Source: Sphagnum compactum
Lineage: Eukaryota
Length of the DNA stretch: 64,000 bases
Assembly: GCA_965153455.1 (NCBI GenBank)
Contig: OZ234493.1
Location: forward strand, 26,154,213 to 26,218,212
Direction of reading: 5' to 3'
Shown here: positions 12,016 through 25,496 of the stretch, piece by piece
Position numbering within the stretch: the first letter of the stretch is position 1
Layout of the letters: each line of letters starts with the position of its first letter
Notes under the pieces: generated by a model
The model's database searches: none
What the model saw: the letters and a program-made list of their open reading frames with translations, nothing else
Told to the model about the DNA's origin: nothing
Made by a program: the position numbers and the translations under genes

Positions 12016-13622
12016 TCAAAGTACAAATACAATCAAAGATTGCACTAGTCCATACCGTGCTGCAACACCAAGAAATTTCTATCTAACATTTTCAGTCTCC
12101 ATCATCTCCCAGTTCTTAATCTGCACAACATTGATATAAACACACACACACACTGGTCCTCAACTTAAGAGGAGAACAAAGATTCTCAGAACTGTCAGGA
12201 ATCAATTCACTCAAGATTGCTGCTGCACACAACACACAATTTGGTAGTTGTCAAAAGATTGACAAGCTTCACAGATTCTCTAGGGTTATGGCCATTCTAT
12301 GTGGATGCAGAGGTAGACTCTCAGGGCAACGAGACATTACATACATACCTGGGCAACAAAAGTATTGAGGATGTTGTCTTGAAAGGAAATATGGTGGGTA
12401 TTGACAAGATCAATCTCCAAAGACTCCAAAGCTTGCATGAGCTGCACAAGCACTCCATGTCCATTCTGACATACAATATGCAGATGGTAAATCTCATCCT
12501 CCAATTTGGCAACCTCCACCTGCAGCCGCAGCAAAAGAACCCAAGAGAAAAAAAGAAGAACAAAATCTCTTTGAAACCTTTGAATAATATCAGAAGCAAG
12601 CAACATTGTCCCGATTTGCAAAATTCATTTGAAAACATATATATGGAATATGATTACATATTATGTATCTATGTCAACATGTGAGAAATGTTTTCGCCTT
12701 ACTTGAAGAATCTTCTTCAACATCTTCTTCTTCTTCTTTGGGCCCATCAAGTGCAGTTGATGAGAAGAAGACTTGTGGTTGGTGTTGTTGTCTGGTGCAG
12801 TGGCGGTTGTAGCACCAGCAACAGTAGCATTGTGGACACCTCCAGTTGCAGCAACTGTGTTTGTTCTTCTTCTACCATTGCAAAGCTTACCTTGCTGATC
12901 TTGGGAACCAAAGCTCGTAGAGACTAGAGTCCTTTATTGCGTTTCTTCCTGTGTTTGTGTTCCGACACAAGGTTTTTGGACACAAATGAATTATCGCAAC
13001 CACCCCCTTCACAACGATTAGTGTTGATCTTACCAATGCTCTTGAGCTGCTCCTGTTGGCCACCATCACTGCAGCAGTTTGCAGCAGTCGATGTAGATAA
13101 CTCTGGTACCCCACTCCAGCTCTTGCTACTAGTTTCCACATTCTCCAACGCATGTAGAAGCTCCAGCTACTGCTTTGCAGCTACAGCTGAAAAGTGATCA
13201 CGAGTACGTGATCCCTGCTGCTACGCTAAAGCTGGCGAACTATAGCTGCAGGGAGCTGCTGCGACGTGCAGTGCATGATCTGGAAATTGCTGCTGAGCTT
13301 CTGTTGCAGCAGTTGTAGAAATGGGTTCCATGGGGGACTCGGATTGTACTACCACAGTACTGGGCTTCAGTTCATTCTATTGTGGGCGCGGTGTAATCAT
13401 CTGTAGATGGGGGGGGGGGGTTTGAAGCTCTCTGGTGAAGAAGAAGAAGAAGAAACTACTGGCATATTAATTGCCACCGCAGATATGCAGTTGTTTGGTG
13501 CTGCACCACCTGTCGAACCCTGCAATAGACTCATCCCTACATTCGAGACCTGATTCGGAAGCATGAAAAAGTTGTTGGGATCATGGAATGAATCGATGAT
13601 CTCCAGCTTTGAGCTTACCCAT
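12016..13622 (-). pseudogene. Group III (AMS/DYT1/FIT/ICE-like) bHLH-ACT transcription factor pseudogene
   Basis: SKNLVSEHKHRKKRNKGL*SLRALVPKISK|GTAAG with an in-frame TAG at 12924-12926. The helix-2 exon start (MDKASI...) is absent. ACT-like exon 12349-12519 (VEVAKLEDEIYHLHIVC...LVQLMQALESL). Last exon from 12120 has a second TAG at 12079-12081. The 5' region is broken across frames. Confidence 0.85.
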
Positions 13623-14449
13623 GGCTTAAATTGAAGTTCACGGCCACAAGAAGAAACAAGAGTTCTCATATCATTGCAAGCCACCCATCTCACAGACTCT
13701 AGCTGCAGAACCCGTTTCCCCTTCCTCCTCCTCTTGTTTGTGCCATCTTCTTCCGCCTCCTCCAAAACACACAACAACACGCACCAAGGTCTGGAGCCGA
13801 GCTCCAGAGCGACGGCGACTTTCGACATGATAGACACACACGCACACAAAAGACAAACACAACCTAGAGCAGACTAACGACAGACAAAAGTCTCAGGCAC
13901 ATGAGAAAAAATGTAGAGCCGTTTGCTGGCGAATATGGGCTAGCGGACCCCCACTGGAAAGGCAAACAATGGGCAAATCATCTGCTAGCAAACAGGCAGA
14001 TGGCAGCAAGTGGCCCTGGGCTTATGGTTAGCCCGAAACTTTTCACCAAAAAAAGTATACCCCAGGGCCTTTTCAGAGAACACCGTTTACAGATAACAAC
14101 AGAGTCCTCAATTTCCAGAGACTCCAAGCTCTCTTCTTCAAGCTCTTCTTCTTTTCAGAGACTCCAAACTTTTTCATGTTTTTCATACTTGCTCCAATTT
14201 TCCACACTTCAGTTCTGTGTTTTAAGTGCGATGATAGGACAATGAAGCAAACATTTGGGTTTTATTATCGTGAGCCAAAATGCAAATACATTTTTTGATC
14301 GCATCAATTTTGTGAACAAAATTTCAAGCCACAACAAAGGGTTCAAGCTCTTATGTAAGTTACATGAAATAAACACCACAACTACCCTATTGCCCATGGT
14401 CAAACTCAAAGTGCATAAAGTTGTTATCTTTAAGAATTTTTAGGCTTAA

Positions 14450-15070
14450 GATACTCAACCATCACCATCTTTTTTAACTCTTTCACAGTTGTTGAAATTT
14501 TTTTAATGGCATCAGCAATTGTAGAAGAACCTGCATACAATTTTCTTCTTTTATTTTTCATTCTTTTGTTGGCTTTGCCTTGCACACCAGACAATTTACA
14601 AGCCTTAGTTCTTGGAGTGTTTGAACCTACAGATGGAGCATGAAACTCCTTTTCATTTCCATGACCAAAAACAAGAGCTTGCTATGATGGACTAAAGTGC
14701 TTTTGAGTGTCTAGTGTCACATCACCATCACTCACTTCAAAAATTTGAACCTTAGAATGTGAATGTAAATTTTGTACTCCCTTATCAATTGCATTGGGAA
14801 TGCCATTAATCTTGGCTATGGCTCCAAACATCCGATCAAATCTCTCAAACCATGGCCAATTAGAAAGGGATGCACCAGTCTCCTGAGTTTTCTTCTTTTC
14901 GGTCTCATACTTATCTTTTATCTTGTTCCACTTGTCATGCACTTGCTTCCAACTCCCATCCACTCTTAGAAAATGTGCATTCAACTGCTCTCTGTAACAT
15001 CTTTCCAATTTGTTTCTCGAAAAGGCTTCCAATTGTACTCCTAGAATTTCTTTTCACAAATATCTAGAAA
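14450..15070 (-). mobile_element. Myb/SANT-like (trihelix) ORF remnant, probably PIF/Harbinger ORF1-derived
   Basis: ORF 14682-15032 contains WKQVHDKWNKIKDKY...WPWFERFDRMFG, typical of trihelix/Myb_DNA-bind_4 domains. Truncated, with no transposase nearby. Confidence 0.6.
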
Positions 15071-16181
15071 AAATTAAAATTATGCATTTGTCCACAACTT
15101 GCTTGCATTCTTTTGATGTCTTGAATGTTTTGGAACAATATTAACTAGTAAAAAAACACACCTCCTTGTTGTCCATTAACAAATTGAGGAACAAATTTGG
15201 TGAGAAGGTTGGGGAGTTCATGGGTGCTGATCTCTATAGTGCAAACCGCATGTGTCTATAGTGCCCTATGTTTATAGTGTCGTGCATCTATAGTGTTGAG
15301 AGTGCAACCACTTGCATCTATAGTGTTGTGCATCTACAGTGTCGAGAACCCTAACATGTGCAAAGGCAGAGAAGAAGTCTAGAGAAAGAGACACAAGAAC
15401 CAGAGAATATAGGAACTGAAGCATTTCCTTCTTCTGTTGTAGTAGTGATTTTTTACTACAAGATATTTTTTTCCTATTCGATTGCGATCGTAAGTTGCTG
15501 ATTTACTATAGTGAAGCAAAAGCTTGAAGTGAAGCAAACCTGTGATTCGTTTGCACGTAGTCGTTGCATTGACAGTACTAATCAAAGTAACGGCCTCAAA
15601 TTTGTTGGTTGAATCACACTCAAGTTTGTTAGTTGAATCACACTGTTTGCCCTCATGTGCCCAGTCCAAAAGAGAGAAAGGAAGAGAAACTTCAAAGAGA
15701 CAAGAGGGAGACACTGAGAGAAAGAATTGCAACAGCCATTGTTGGAACGTTCTTCTCTCACATCCTTGGAGAGATGGACAAATTGGTCCATGTGGCTTTA
15801 GAAGGATTGTTGATTTTAGGGTATTAGGCTACTATTAAAAAAACTCTCTATTTCAAAACCCCTGAGTCTGAACCCTTAAATGTTTCGTAATGGGCCGGTT
15901 TACCGTATCAAGCATTTAGAATATTCATGAATAATAGCAGATGCCAGAGCATAGTAAAAAAGCATTTTATTGCTAGATCATTATAACTCAAAATAAGGTA
16001 AAAAATGCTGATCCCTTCTGAGAAACAGGCATGTATAAAACATCTATAGGACACCAGCTGAATACTAACAGAATCCTCTTTTTCCCACTGGATCCTCACC
16101 CTTCAAAACCTGTCAAGGGAGAGTATTAAACCCTCCTCTAGGTACCACCTGGGGGCGAACCAAGACTGTATGTGTCTGTAT

Positions 16182-16370
16182 CTTGTTGTCCTGTGCAACT
16201 TTGTGGTTGCAGAATTTTAGAGGGTCTGTTGCCATCATAGTTCCAGGACTTCCAAAAGTTTGTCCAAGCTCAGGACTTGTTGTCCTGTGCAACTTTGTGT
16301 TTGTAGAATTTTAGAGGGTCTGTTGCCATCATAGTTCCAGGACTTTCCAAAAGTTTGTCCAAGCTCAGGA
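16182..16370. repeat. Tandem duplication of ~95 bp
   Basis: CTTGTTGTCCTGTGCAACTTTGTG...GTCCAAGCTCAGGA occurs twice in direct succession. Confidence 0.92.
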
Positions 16371-16696
16371 AGGAATTAGGAACTCAAGCAACAAACCAGT
16401 TTTGATGCTCAAATTATATATGTAACCATTTCTCACTAGACAATATTAAATGGGTTGGAGCAAATCCAACCCTTATTTAATTTACCCACTCAAACCCATT
16501 ATATGGATTTGAATCTCGAGCGACCTTCAGTGGGCAACTGGAAAGAATCACAGCCCACAGACGATCCAAAATGATCTGATCAGAAAAGTGGTTTTCAGAT
16601 TTTTTTTTTTTTCAATTTGTACATAGTGTTGAGAGAGATCGAGTCGAGAATTTTGAAGAAAATTTTCGGAGTTGTAGAAGTAACTGCAATATTTTT

Positions 16697-19272
16697 TCAA
16701 TTTGTAGAAGTAACTTCGGAGTTTTCGACGTTTTTGATGAGGAGTTGCATGCCGAATTTGGGCCATAAATTGTTGCCGCCACGGCCTGGTGCATGGCAGT
16801 AGCTTGGCGACACAGAGAAGCTGAAACGCCGTAGTAGCATGGCCAAAAGCAGCTTCACAGTCATGCGCGCCAGGTTCCGGCCTAAGCAGATCCTGTTGCC
16901 GCCGCCGAAAGGCATGAAGTTGTTGAAGCTGTTGACACTATTGGCGGCGGCAGCAGTAGCAGCATTGAGGCCGTCAGCTGCACTGTTCTTCCCGTTTGTA
17001 TGAACATTCTTCACCTCCCAACGATCCGGCTTGAATAGATGGGCATCCTGGCCCCAAATCTCCTTGCTTTGATTCAGTACTGCCATGGGGATGATCACAT
17101 TGGTGCCTGGAGTTATGGTCACTGATCCAAGCTGATGTACCTCGGAAGCATCTCTGGTTATCGCCTGTACTGGTGCGTAGAGTCGTAGCGTTTCATTCAG
17201 TATCATGTCTATCTGTAATCAGTAGAAAAGCAGCTAGCGGAGTTAGGAAATCTTTCCATTAGGTTTGCTATATGATCACAATAGCTTTCCATTATATATG
17301 AACGACTGATGCATGCAGTTTGTATAAGAGAGAGTTTCTGTGATGGGATTTGTAGGTACCAATTTGAGGTTAGCGAGGTTGTCAACTTGGGGAGTATCTT
17401 CGGCGCCAAGGACTTCCTGCACTTCAGAGCGTGCACGTTGTTGCCAGTCGGGGTTCTGAGCTAAGAGCAAAAGTGACCACATCAAGAGTAGGGAGGTGGG
17501 GCTGTCGGTTGCTAAGAAGAAGACCGTGCATTCGTCTAGCACCTGCGACGCCGTCATGTTGGAGTTCCCTTCGTTCATTGCCTCCAACATCATGCCCAGT
17601 ACATCGCTCCCATACGCACTCTGCCTTGATCCAGCCTTGGCAATAATGCTGCTTCCCTTCAAGTCGTTCGCCACTTTCATCCTTGCACTCACGATGTTTT
17701 TGAGAACTTTTACCATAGCCCGTTTCTTTATCCAGAAGTTGATATTTGTTGCAGTTGGAAAGAAACTGGATAACAAGTAAGATACACACACAGCCATGGA
17801 AAAATTAGTTTTCTTTCCTATCGAGACCGGAACTCATGTACCGGCCTGCAGCTCCTAGATTTCACATTCTTCCTGCTTGGGGCACAAGTCTTGATGAAGG
17901 GTTCATGATCGATATTGCAATCTATGTAAACATGGTCCAGAAATAATTGTGCTCAAAACGTGGGGTCAGCTGCTGCAACAATGGGAAGTTAGTATGGTAC
18001 ACACCTATATCCGGGAATGAGGCGGGCATATCCGCGGATTCTATTCCCAATTACACCGGTCATGAAATTGACAGCGTCGTGAACGGCATAGATATCACCA
18101 CCCTCGATACCAGATGTAGAACCGAAGGTCGTCCTGATAATGATATCCAGCAGCGTTTCTGGCACATCCACGTCTACTGCAACTTCTGCTGCACCCTGTT
18201 TGATGTCTGCTGCGTTGTTGATCGCTTTCTGCCACTTGGTTACCAGATCATCTCCCCTTTCAACGATCTGGTGGAACAGACCCTGCATGCAGAATAATTC
18301 AATGCGCTGCAAAGTCAGCACGAGGAGGGCGCGCAATAGATCTATATTGCACTTGGGTACGTCGTAACAGTTATGAAGTCGAACAGTTATGAAGTCGAAC
18401 ACGTCTCTCATGAAATGTGTGATCTTGAAGGGTTTATAAGAAGTCCAAGGGATTCCAACTTGCCTTAAGAAAGGTGTGACGAAAAGCTGGGCTCATGATT
18501 TGGTTCTTTTGCTTCCAATTGCCTCCTTCGGCCGTAAGGATACTACCATGACCCGCGATAGCAGAAACAGCTTCGCTGGCAAGAACGCTCTTTTTGTAGT
18601 ATCCCGCCTTTGACAGCAACACGTCCTTCGCCAACTTTGCATCGGCAAGTATCATCCTTGTCATGGAGCCTTGCTCGAAAACAGAAATTTTTCCTGAAAC
18701 CCCAGAACGTAATTTACGGAGCTGCTTAGTTAGCGCAGAAGAGTAGAAAGCACTCCGCGTCTTCTCTTTCGAACCTGCTAATTATTGTTTGCGAAACAGA
18801 CTGGCCAACATTGAACTCATGACTTCCTTCGAATTCACAAGAAAGTTTACTCGAAGGATTGATACATATATACAGTAGCGTAAGTAGTGTGATCGAAAAT
18901 CTTACCATACTTCTCACTGAAGACGAATAGTTCCGTTCCCACTCGTCCTGCCGGCGATTCAGAGATCTGACCACCGAGCTTCGGCACCCCTCTACGTAGC
19001 TCCCGAATCTCGGGCAAGTTGCCGATGAAAGGTCTGAAGACGGGGCCGCTGATACCTTGCTTCTCGTAGAATCTCCGTTTGCTGTAAGGTTTCCACAACA
19101 TCCAATAGAATATATTCACCATCGATACAACCAGAACCGTACTGCATACCGCTGTTACAAAAGATCCCCACTCATCATCCACAATATCCCTACTCGAAAT
19201 CCTCAGAAGAATGTCCTGATCAGCCTCATGAGGAGGAAGCCAACTCCTGCTGGACTCATTTAGTAATGCCAT
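16697..19272 (-). CDS. Cytochrome P450, CYP72 clan; 5 exons
   Basis: Exons 19272-18906, 18693-18464 (GC donor), 18282-18005, 17765-17360, 17212-16697. N-terminal TM segment, QGISGP..PFIGN, PDWQQRARSEV, ETLRLY (ExxR), PDRW and the heme motif FGGGNRICLG are present. Intron positions match the CYP72-clan pattern. Confidence 0.92.
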
Positions 19273-19911
19273 CACGCTCGTTAATCGATCACTCGAGATT
19301 GAAAACGTCGCAAAAAAAGGCAAAAAAAAAAGAGAAAAAAACTCTGTGGGACTCTCACAGTCTCTCTCCTCTAGTAGTGCATGAGGTAGTTGATTTATAA
19401 TATGGACAACAACAACAACAACAGGTGACAAAAAAGAGATAGATCTTCAATAAGTGATCAATCGCGAATGTCCTGACTCTACCCAACTACAAACACAACA
19501 AGCTTTGATTTCTAATAATAATTTCGTCGATAGAAGAATGTGCGTCATGAACTTCAGAATTTGTTGTTGTGCAGGAGTTTGATGGATTATTGTATGGATC
19601 CGGGGTTTAGGCGTGATCTATTTATACTCTTGTTATCCTCTTCTTGTGCTCGGCTGAATGAAACTGCGAACTTACTGAGAACGAACTGCTAGCCTTGGCG
19701 GCGCGTGGCAAGTGGCAGTTTTGTCGTACTCCTCGAGATCTGTCGATTTTAGCTTTGCCGCATTTGGCTTCTTCTGTTGGGATCTCAGGCAACTTCCTGA
19801 ATGGACATGTGTCAGGCAATTTTCCTCCTCCACGGACATGCCAGCTGAGCGGAGGATCATCATCCAAGCAAGTAAGCAAGAAGCCTCCCCGCGGAGTCCC
19901 GTGGGGCCTTG

Positions 19912-20879
19912 CTTGGGTGATGTACCAACCAGCACCTACACCAGGTTCCCATGGTAAACTTCATCCCAAACTTGTCTAGCTTGATAGTCTTCTAACCATG
20001 GTTAATATCGCGTCCTAAGGCTAAATCAGTGCTTCTGAGTCCAAATCGCGGGGGGTTTTTTTTTTTTCTTCTTCGTTTTTGTTGGGGTCTTTGCAAGATA
20101 TATCTCAAGTCGATCTAGCAATAAATAAATGGTGTCAGTTGAATGTTTTCAAAAACTCTCTTACAACTCATGACTTACCTACCTGTTCATCTCTCCTATT
20201 CATTGGATGAGGTGCCTCCCAAGTTTTTTTTTTTTTTTTTCAATGAGACAATTTGACTAGCCCATCAACTAAAATTAAAAAAAAACTATGGAGGCTCTCC
20301 AAAATAGAAGGTTCTATTTTGAAGTATAGAGTTCCTCCCTTTTTGCTCACCTATGTAGGTGAAAGGAGGACAACATTTGCCAAAGCATAAGGTATAAAAG
20401 TGAGGTGCTATTGGGAACTCTTTGGGGAACATGTTAGGAAACTTGAGAACTAATTGCTTTGACCCCCCACCCCCCTTTTTCCCCCCCAACCCACTAGGAA
20501 AAAAGGGACGCCCCTTCACTTGATGACATGACTTCTCATTGGTTGAATGGTTATTCTATCCCTAAAATTGGCAGCCACTATTTTTTTTTGGCCTGGACTA
20601 ATAGCCCTTCATAAGAACACCCTCCCTAAATTGCCTAAGCCTAGAAATGGTGATTTTGAAAATAAAAATAAATAAAAATAGAAATGTTATTTGAAACTAT
20701 ATATTTTTCATATATTTGGCTTTTCTGAGAAAATTCATGAAGTCACAAAAATCCGCCCCCAATAAAAAAAAAAAAAAAACAGTGTTCCAAATTTAACATT
20801 TCCTAAGTGAAATATGGCTACTAAAAGGCCTCAGTTAAGAAGAAGGTGACATACTAGTGTAGGTGCTGGTTCACCCTGG
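19912..20879. mobile_element. MITE-like element with imperfect TIRs (GGGTGAACCAGCACCTACAC family); contains an internal repeat at ~20190-20630
   Basis: Left end TTGGGTGA..AACCAGCACCTACAC; right end GTGTAGGTGCTGGTTCACCC. Related end pairs at 42877-43085, 51888-52638 and 60870-61025. Confidence 0.5.
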
Positions 20880-20920
20880 CCCATGGATGGTAGTGGGACC
20901 CACTCCTACAATCCCCACAA

Positions 20921-22098
20921 TCTATCTACCAACCCTCTTCAACCCTGCAAATTTTGCCTTGTGTAAATGAAGGACCTTACATATTCCACACGTATCATCC
21001 TACATTATGCAATTCCGAAAGGACTGTAGAGGGACTTTACATAGTCTGGAAGATCAGGGCTCCATTATGCAATGATGAAACAAGTGAACCACCTAAGAGG
21101 ATGGACCACAAGTGGGACATCAAGTTCTGGAACCCCTTCTGATTCTTAGAAGCATTACATATAGTAAAGGACGTCGGGATGAAATGAAGCTTTCCATCCA
21201 TCCGTCCGTCATCCATCCCGTTATCCGTCCCGTCATCCATCCAAACAGAACAAATATATATTTTAAAAAGGGAAAAAACTAGAAAAAAAATAAAAACAGA
21301 AAAACACTTTAACAATTAGAAACTTTTTGTAAACACTTAAACATGAAACAGAAAGGGAAACACAGTAAAATAATCTTAAAAGAAAATTAAAAAATAGATG
21401 ACAAAAAATAAGAAACAAAACAGAGAGCAAAAGAAAGAGAAAAAAAACCATACTTGAAAAAAAAAATGAAGTTTGTCTTCTTTTTCCAAACTTCAAACCT
21501 GCATCTAATCAAACAAAAATAAAAAAGTTTTTTTAAATTTATTTTTATTATAAAACATATTAGAAAAACTAGAATTGTTTTGGAAAAAAAATAGAAACTA
21601 AATAAATAAATAAACGCATAAAAATAGAAGAAAAATGAAGATAGACAAAATAAGAATAAAAAAAATTAAAACATGAAACAAACATAAACAAAAAAAAAGT
21701 GAAAACACAAAAACTATAAAAAAGGAATGGAAACAAATGAAACAAGGAAAGGGAAATACAGTAAAATCATTTTAAAAGAAAAAAAATTACAAAAAAAAGA
21801 AACCAAATAAAGAGTAGAAAATAAGAAAAAATAAAACTTATAATAATGAAGAAAAACCCTACTTGAAAAAGAAAGAGGTGTGTCTTCTTTCTCCAAACTT
21901 GAAACTTGCATCCAAAGAAACAAAAATACAAAAGTGAAAAAGAAACACTTTATTTTTATTCTACAAAATAATAATAAAAACAGAACACACATAAATGTTT
22001 TTTTTAAAAAGATAAAAGTTTTTAAAAAAAAAATTAAAACATGAACCAAACATTGTTGAAATAACACACCTGTGCATTAGGCACGGGGTTCAAACTAG
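20921..22098 (+). mobile_element. Non-autonomous Helitron
   Basis: 5' end A|TCTATCTAC; 3' hairpin CCTGTGC-ATTAG-GCACGGG followed by CTAG|T at 22095-22098. Inserted between A and T with no TSD; A-rich internal duplication. Confidence 0.8.
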
Positions 22099-25000
22099 TA
22101 TCAAATAAGGAAAGGGGAAGTTGGATTGTGTAAGGTCTATCCCACCCCCAGACACACCCATAGCTATGTCCACAGCCAGAAGAGTGTCATCAAAATTTGA
22201 CAGGTTTTTTTGTAAAGTAGGAGAAAAGGCATCCTTTTGAACCACCATCTGAAACGCTTTTAAGCTATTGGACTCTTCCTAGTGAGGCCGATAATTCAAA
22301 TCTCCGAAGCTTCTAAAGATAAGCGAACATTCACATCTAGGAACCAACATTGCAAGATGCTGGTGAGACTCTTCTTGGTCATGTTTTGCTCTTGAATGGA
22401 TAGTCTAATAGGCATCTTTCTCATGAGTAGTTTCTTTGTGGGACGCATAGCAAATTCACCCACAACTTCCAAGCCACTGTTGTAGCAAACGTGGACACTC
22501 GAGATAGGATGTGAATCCTCCCTTTGGAATGTATGTCCATTCCTTGATCCCACACCTCTACAGGATGTGAAGGTAAGGTGACACCCACCATTGAAGAAAT
22601 TTCTTATTGAACCACATGCGCAAAACTTTACAGAAAAATTTCTTTCCAAGCAAAGCAAAGTTCAAGCCTGTGTTTTTCAGCCAAGATCAAAGGCAGGTTC
22701 CCACTTCTGGACTTGCACCTTTCTGACAGAATCGTGCTTGAGCCGGAGGCTGAAACAGCTTTCACCTTTGACTGGCTTCAATCAGCTGATTTTGGAGCTT
22801 TATACATCCTCCACTTATTTTGGTTTTCCAGAAGGTCACCTGGACAAGGTATTTCATTAACCATTAGAGATATCTGCAAATTCACCCTGTCTTCACCCCG
22901 TCATTGGGTCTCCTTTCACCCCCTAATCCTGTTTTAGTGGTATCTGTAAAGTAAGGAAATTTTATTGAATTTCAGTATGAAATGCTGAAACTCAGTACGA
23001 AAATGCTGAATCTCAGCATTTTATGCACAAGGCTCGAGAGGAATTATAGTTAGCTGTACATGCAGGTACAGTGAAAATCTATGTAGTAACAGTGGAGGCG
23101 CTCAGGAAAAAAGAAAGACAGGGTGAAACTGAGGAACCATCAAAATTGATAGTTTTTTTGAGTTTCATCCCCTCTTGATTTCTAATGTACTTATTTTTGC
23201 AGGTTTGTTTTTAATCTCACCCTGTGTATGACCAAACTCCGGGTACTGGTGCTGTCTTTTCCTGACTTGACGGATATCTCTATTATCCAGTGAATATTAA
23301 ATTGCATGGGCAATTATTGGTAAGTACATAAAGACCTTGCCAATTTTAATAACAATAAAATGGCCAGTCTCCATAAAGCAATATTTCCCTCCAAGAGTAG
23401 AGGAGGGAAAATTTCTTTTGACTCCTATTTGACCTATGCCTAAAATGGACAATGCCTTTTATTGGCCACCCATTATTATTGTGTTGAAAATGGATGTTCA
23501 TTGAACAATGTATGGGTATGTATTAAAATTAACCTAGAAAGGGTGAATCCCAATCACATCTATTATTGTCAAGTTGCAAACACACTAAAAAGACCTAGGG
23601 GTGCCAATGTCAAAGTCCCTCCAAGGACAACAATTGACACATGACATTCCTTTGCTAGTTTATTTTCTTATCGTTTGTATTTTTCATATTTAGTTTATAA
23701 TTACATGCTAGATATAATTATTTTTAAAATTAAAATTTGAATTATATCATTTATATTATGCATTCATGCTTTGAATAACATAAAAATAGATAATTTTGTT
23801 AAAGACACATTTTTAAAATCAAAATCACATTTGAAACCAATGCATTCGAGTGTTTTAAAAAATGAATTTCACCAATTTGGACATTCTAAACAACCATGCA
23901 GTTAAATTTGAACCACCCATTGTACACGAATGAGTTGATGAATGTTGGAATGTGATTGTTACTCAATCATGTCACGTGGAACATGTACATTTTGGACACT
24001 AAGGGACCAATTTTGGTCATGCAAGTTGACCATTTTAGGTGTAGCAACATTGTTTGCTGCTTCATCAAAAGAACACATAGCCCCTATTGAATCTCATAAG
24101 AGAATCTTAGTTTTTCTTATTGTTTCTAGACACATAATTACAACACAATGAAGCAAATATTGAAAGTGATGAAAATTTTAAAAATATGTATTTATCAAAA
24201 GGAATTTGAATGTGTGCAACAGACAAAATCAGTTTTAATTTTCTATTGAAATCATCTATTGAAAAATCTATAACCTCTTACACCTATACCAATTGGGTCC
24301 CATAGGTTGAATAAACATCAATATGATCACACAAGAAGTCAAATTCATCAATCTCATGCATAAACATTTCAAGCAATCATTTTTTGGTAGATATAATGAT
24401 TCATAGGATTGAAGAAACAAGAATGCAATTTTGATTGAATTCACCTAGCCAAGGTCAACCAACTAAGCAAGCAAGGTCCAAGTGATTCATCTTGATTGTC
24501 ACTTGGTAGGTCTAAGGACTGTGTGATGTGCAAAGTGCCAAGCAATGATGATCCTACATGATGATCTACAAGGTGAAGGAAAAGTCTAAAAAAAATGGCA
24601 ATTAAAATGACAAAAAATTGACATTCATAATGGAAAATATGGAAGATAATAAAAAATTTAGAATGCATCCTAGGTGTGGGGTGTGCATGTCACTTCATTA
24701 TGAAACTATCCATATGGAATAATTCAAACTAAAAATAGAAAAAAAAAGAGTCTTGAACAGAGAATAGGAAGGGTTCAAGTATAATAAATTACCCACTACC
24801 AATTGCCAATTATTTTATGCTCAGGATTTTATTTTTTAAAATTGGGATTTTTTGGAATTTTTTTTAATTTTTTAATATATATTTAATATTATTATGCTAA
24901 ATTTGATACCAAATATCTTCCAAAAATATGTGATTTCCATATTTTTTAGATATTTTAAACAAAATCTTTTATAATTGTTCTACAAGTGGTTTTGGGGACT

Positions 25001-25496
25001 TTTTATTCATTAAATTAATTTCCAATTTTTTCACATATTCACATAATATATTAAAAAAATTGTTGTATAAATATTCCAAACATTTTCAATGTTAATTTAA
25101 CTTACTTTTAAGTTAAATCCATAGCGGACGAAGTTTCCTTCAACTACCTTACTTTTGAGTTAGATGCAAAACTATTTATATTCCTACTACCTCATTTTAC
25201 AAGTTTTCATTACACTTTCTTTTATTCATGATGTGTATCCATAATGTCATTCCTCATCTATCAATGATAATTGCTCTTGGTAATTTGCACATGATCATTA
25301 CCCATGGATGTGATGCAATTCTAAGAAGTCGAAAAAATTCACGATTAATGAAAACAACTATCATACACAAGCAATAAAGATTGCTACCAATGGGACACTC
25401 CAAATGTAGATGTGTGACATAATAGGACCAATGATCATGTTGGTTTTGTTGTTGTATTTTCTGCAACATGAATCATTTAAGTGGAGCAAACATGGT

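Noticed and set aside
14063-15897. Possible Harbinger TIR pair (GGCCTTTTCAGAGAACA / TGTTTCGTAATGGGCC)
   Set aside because: The match is too weak and there is no TAA/TTA TSD, so the element boundaries cannot be supported.
21037-22067. Hydrophobic Phe-rich ORFs resembling membrane proteins
   Set aside because: Translation of the A/T-skewed Helitron interior.
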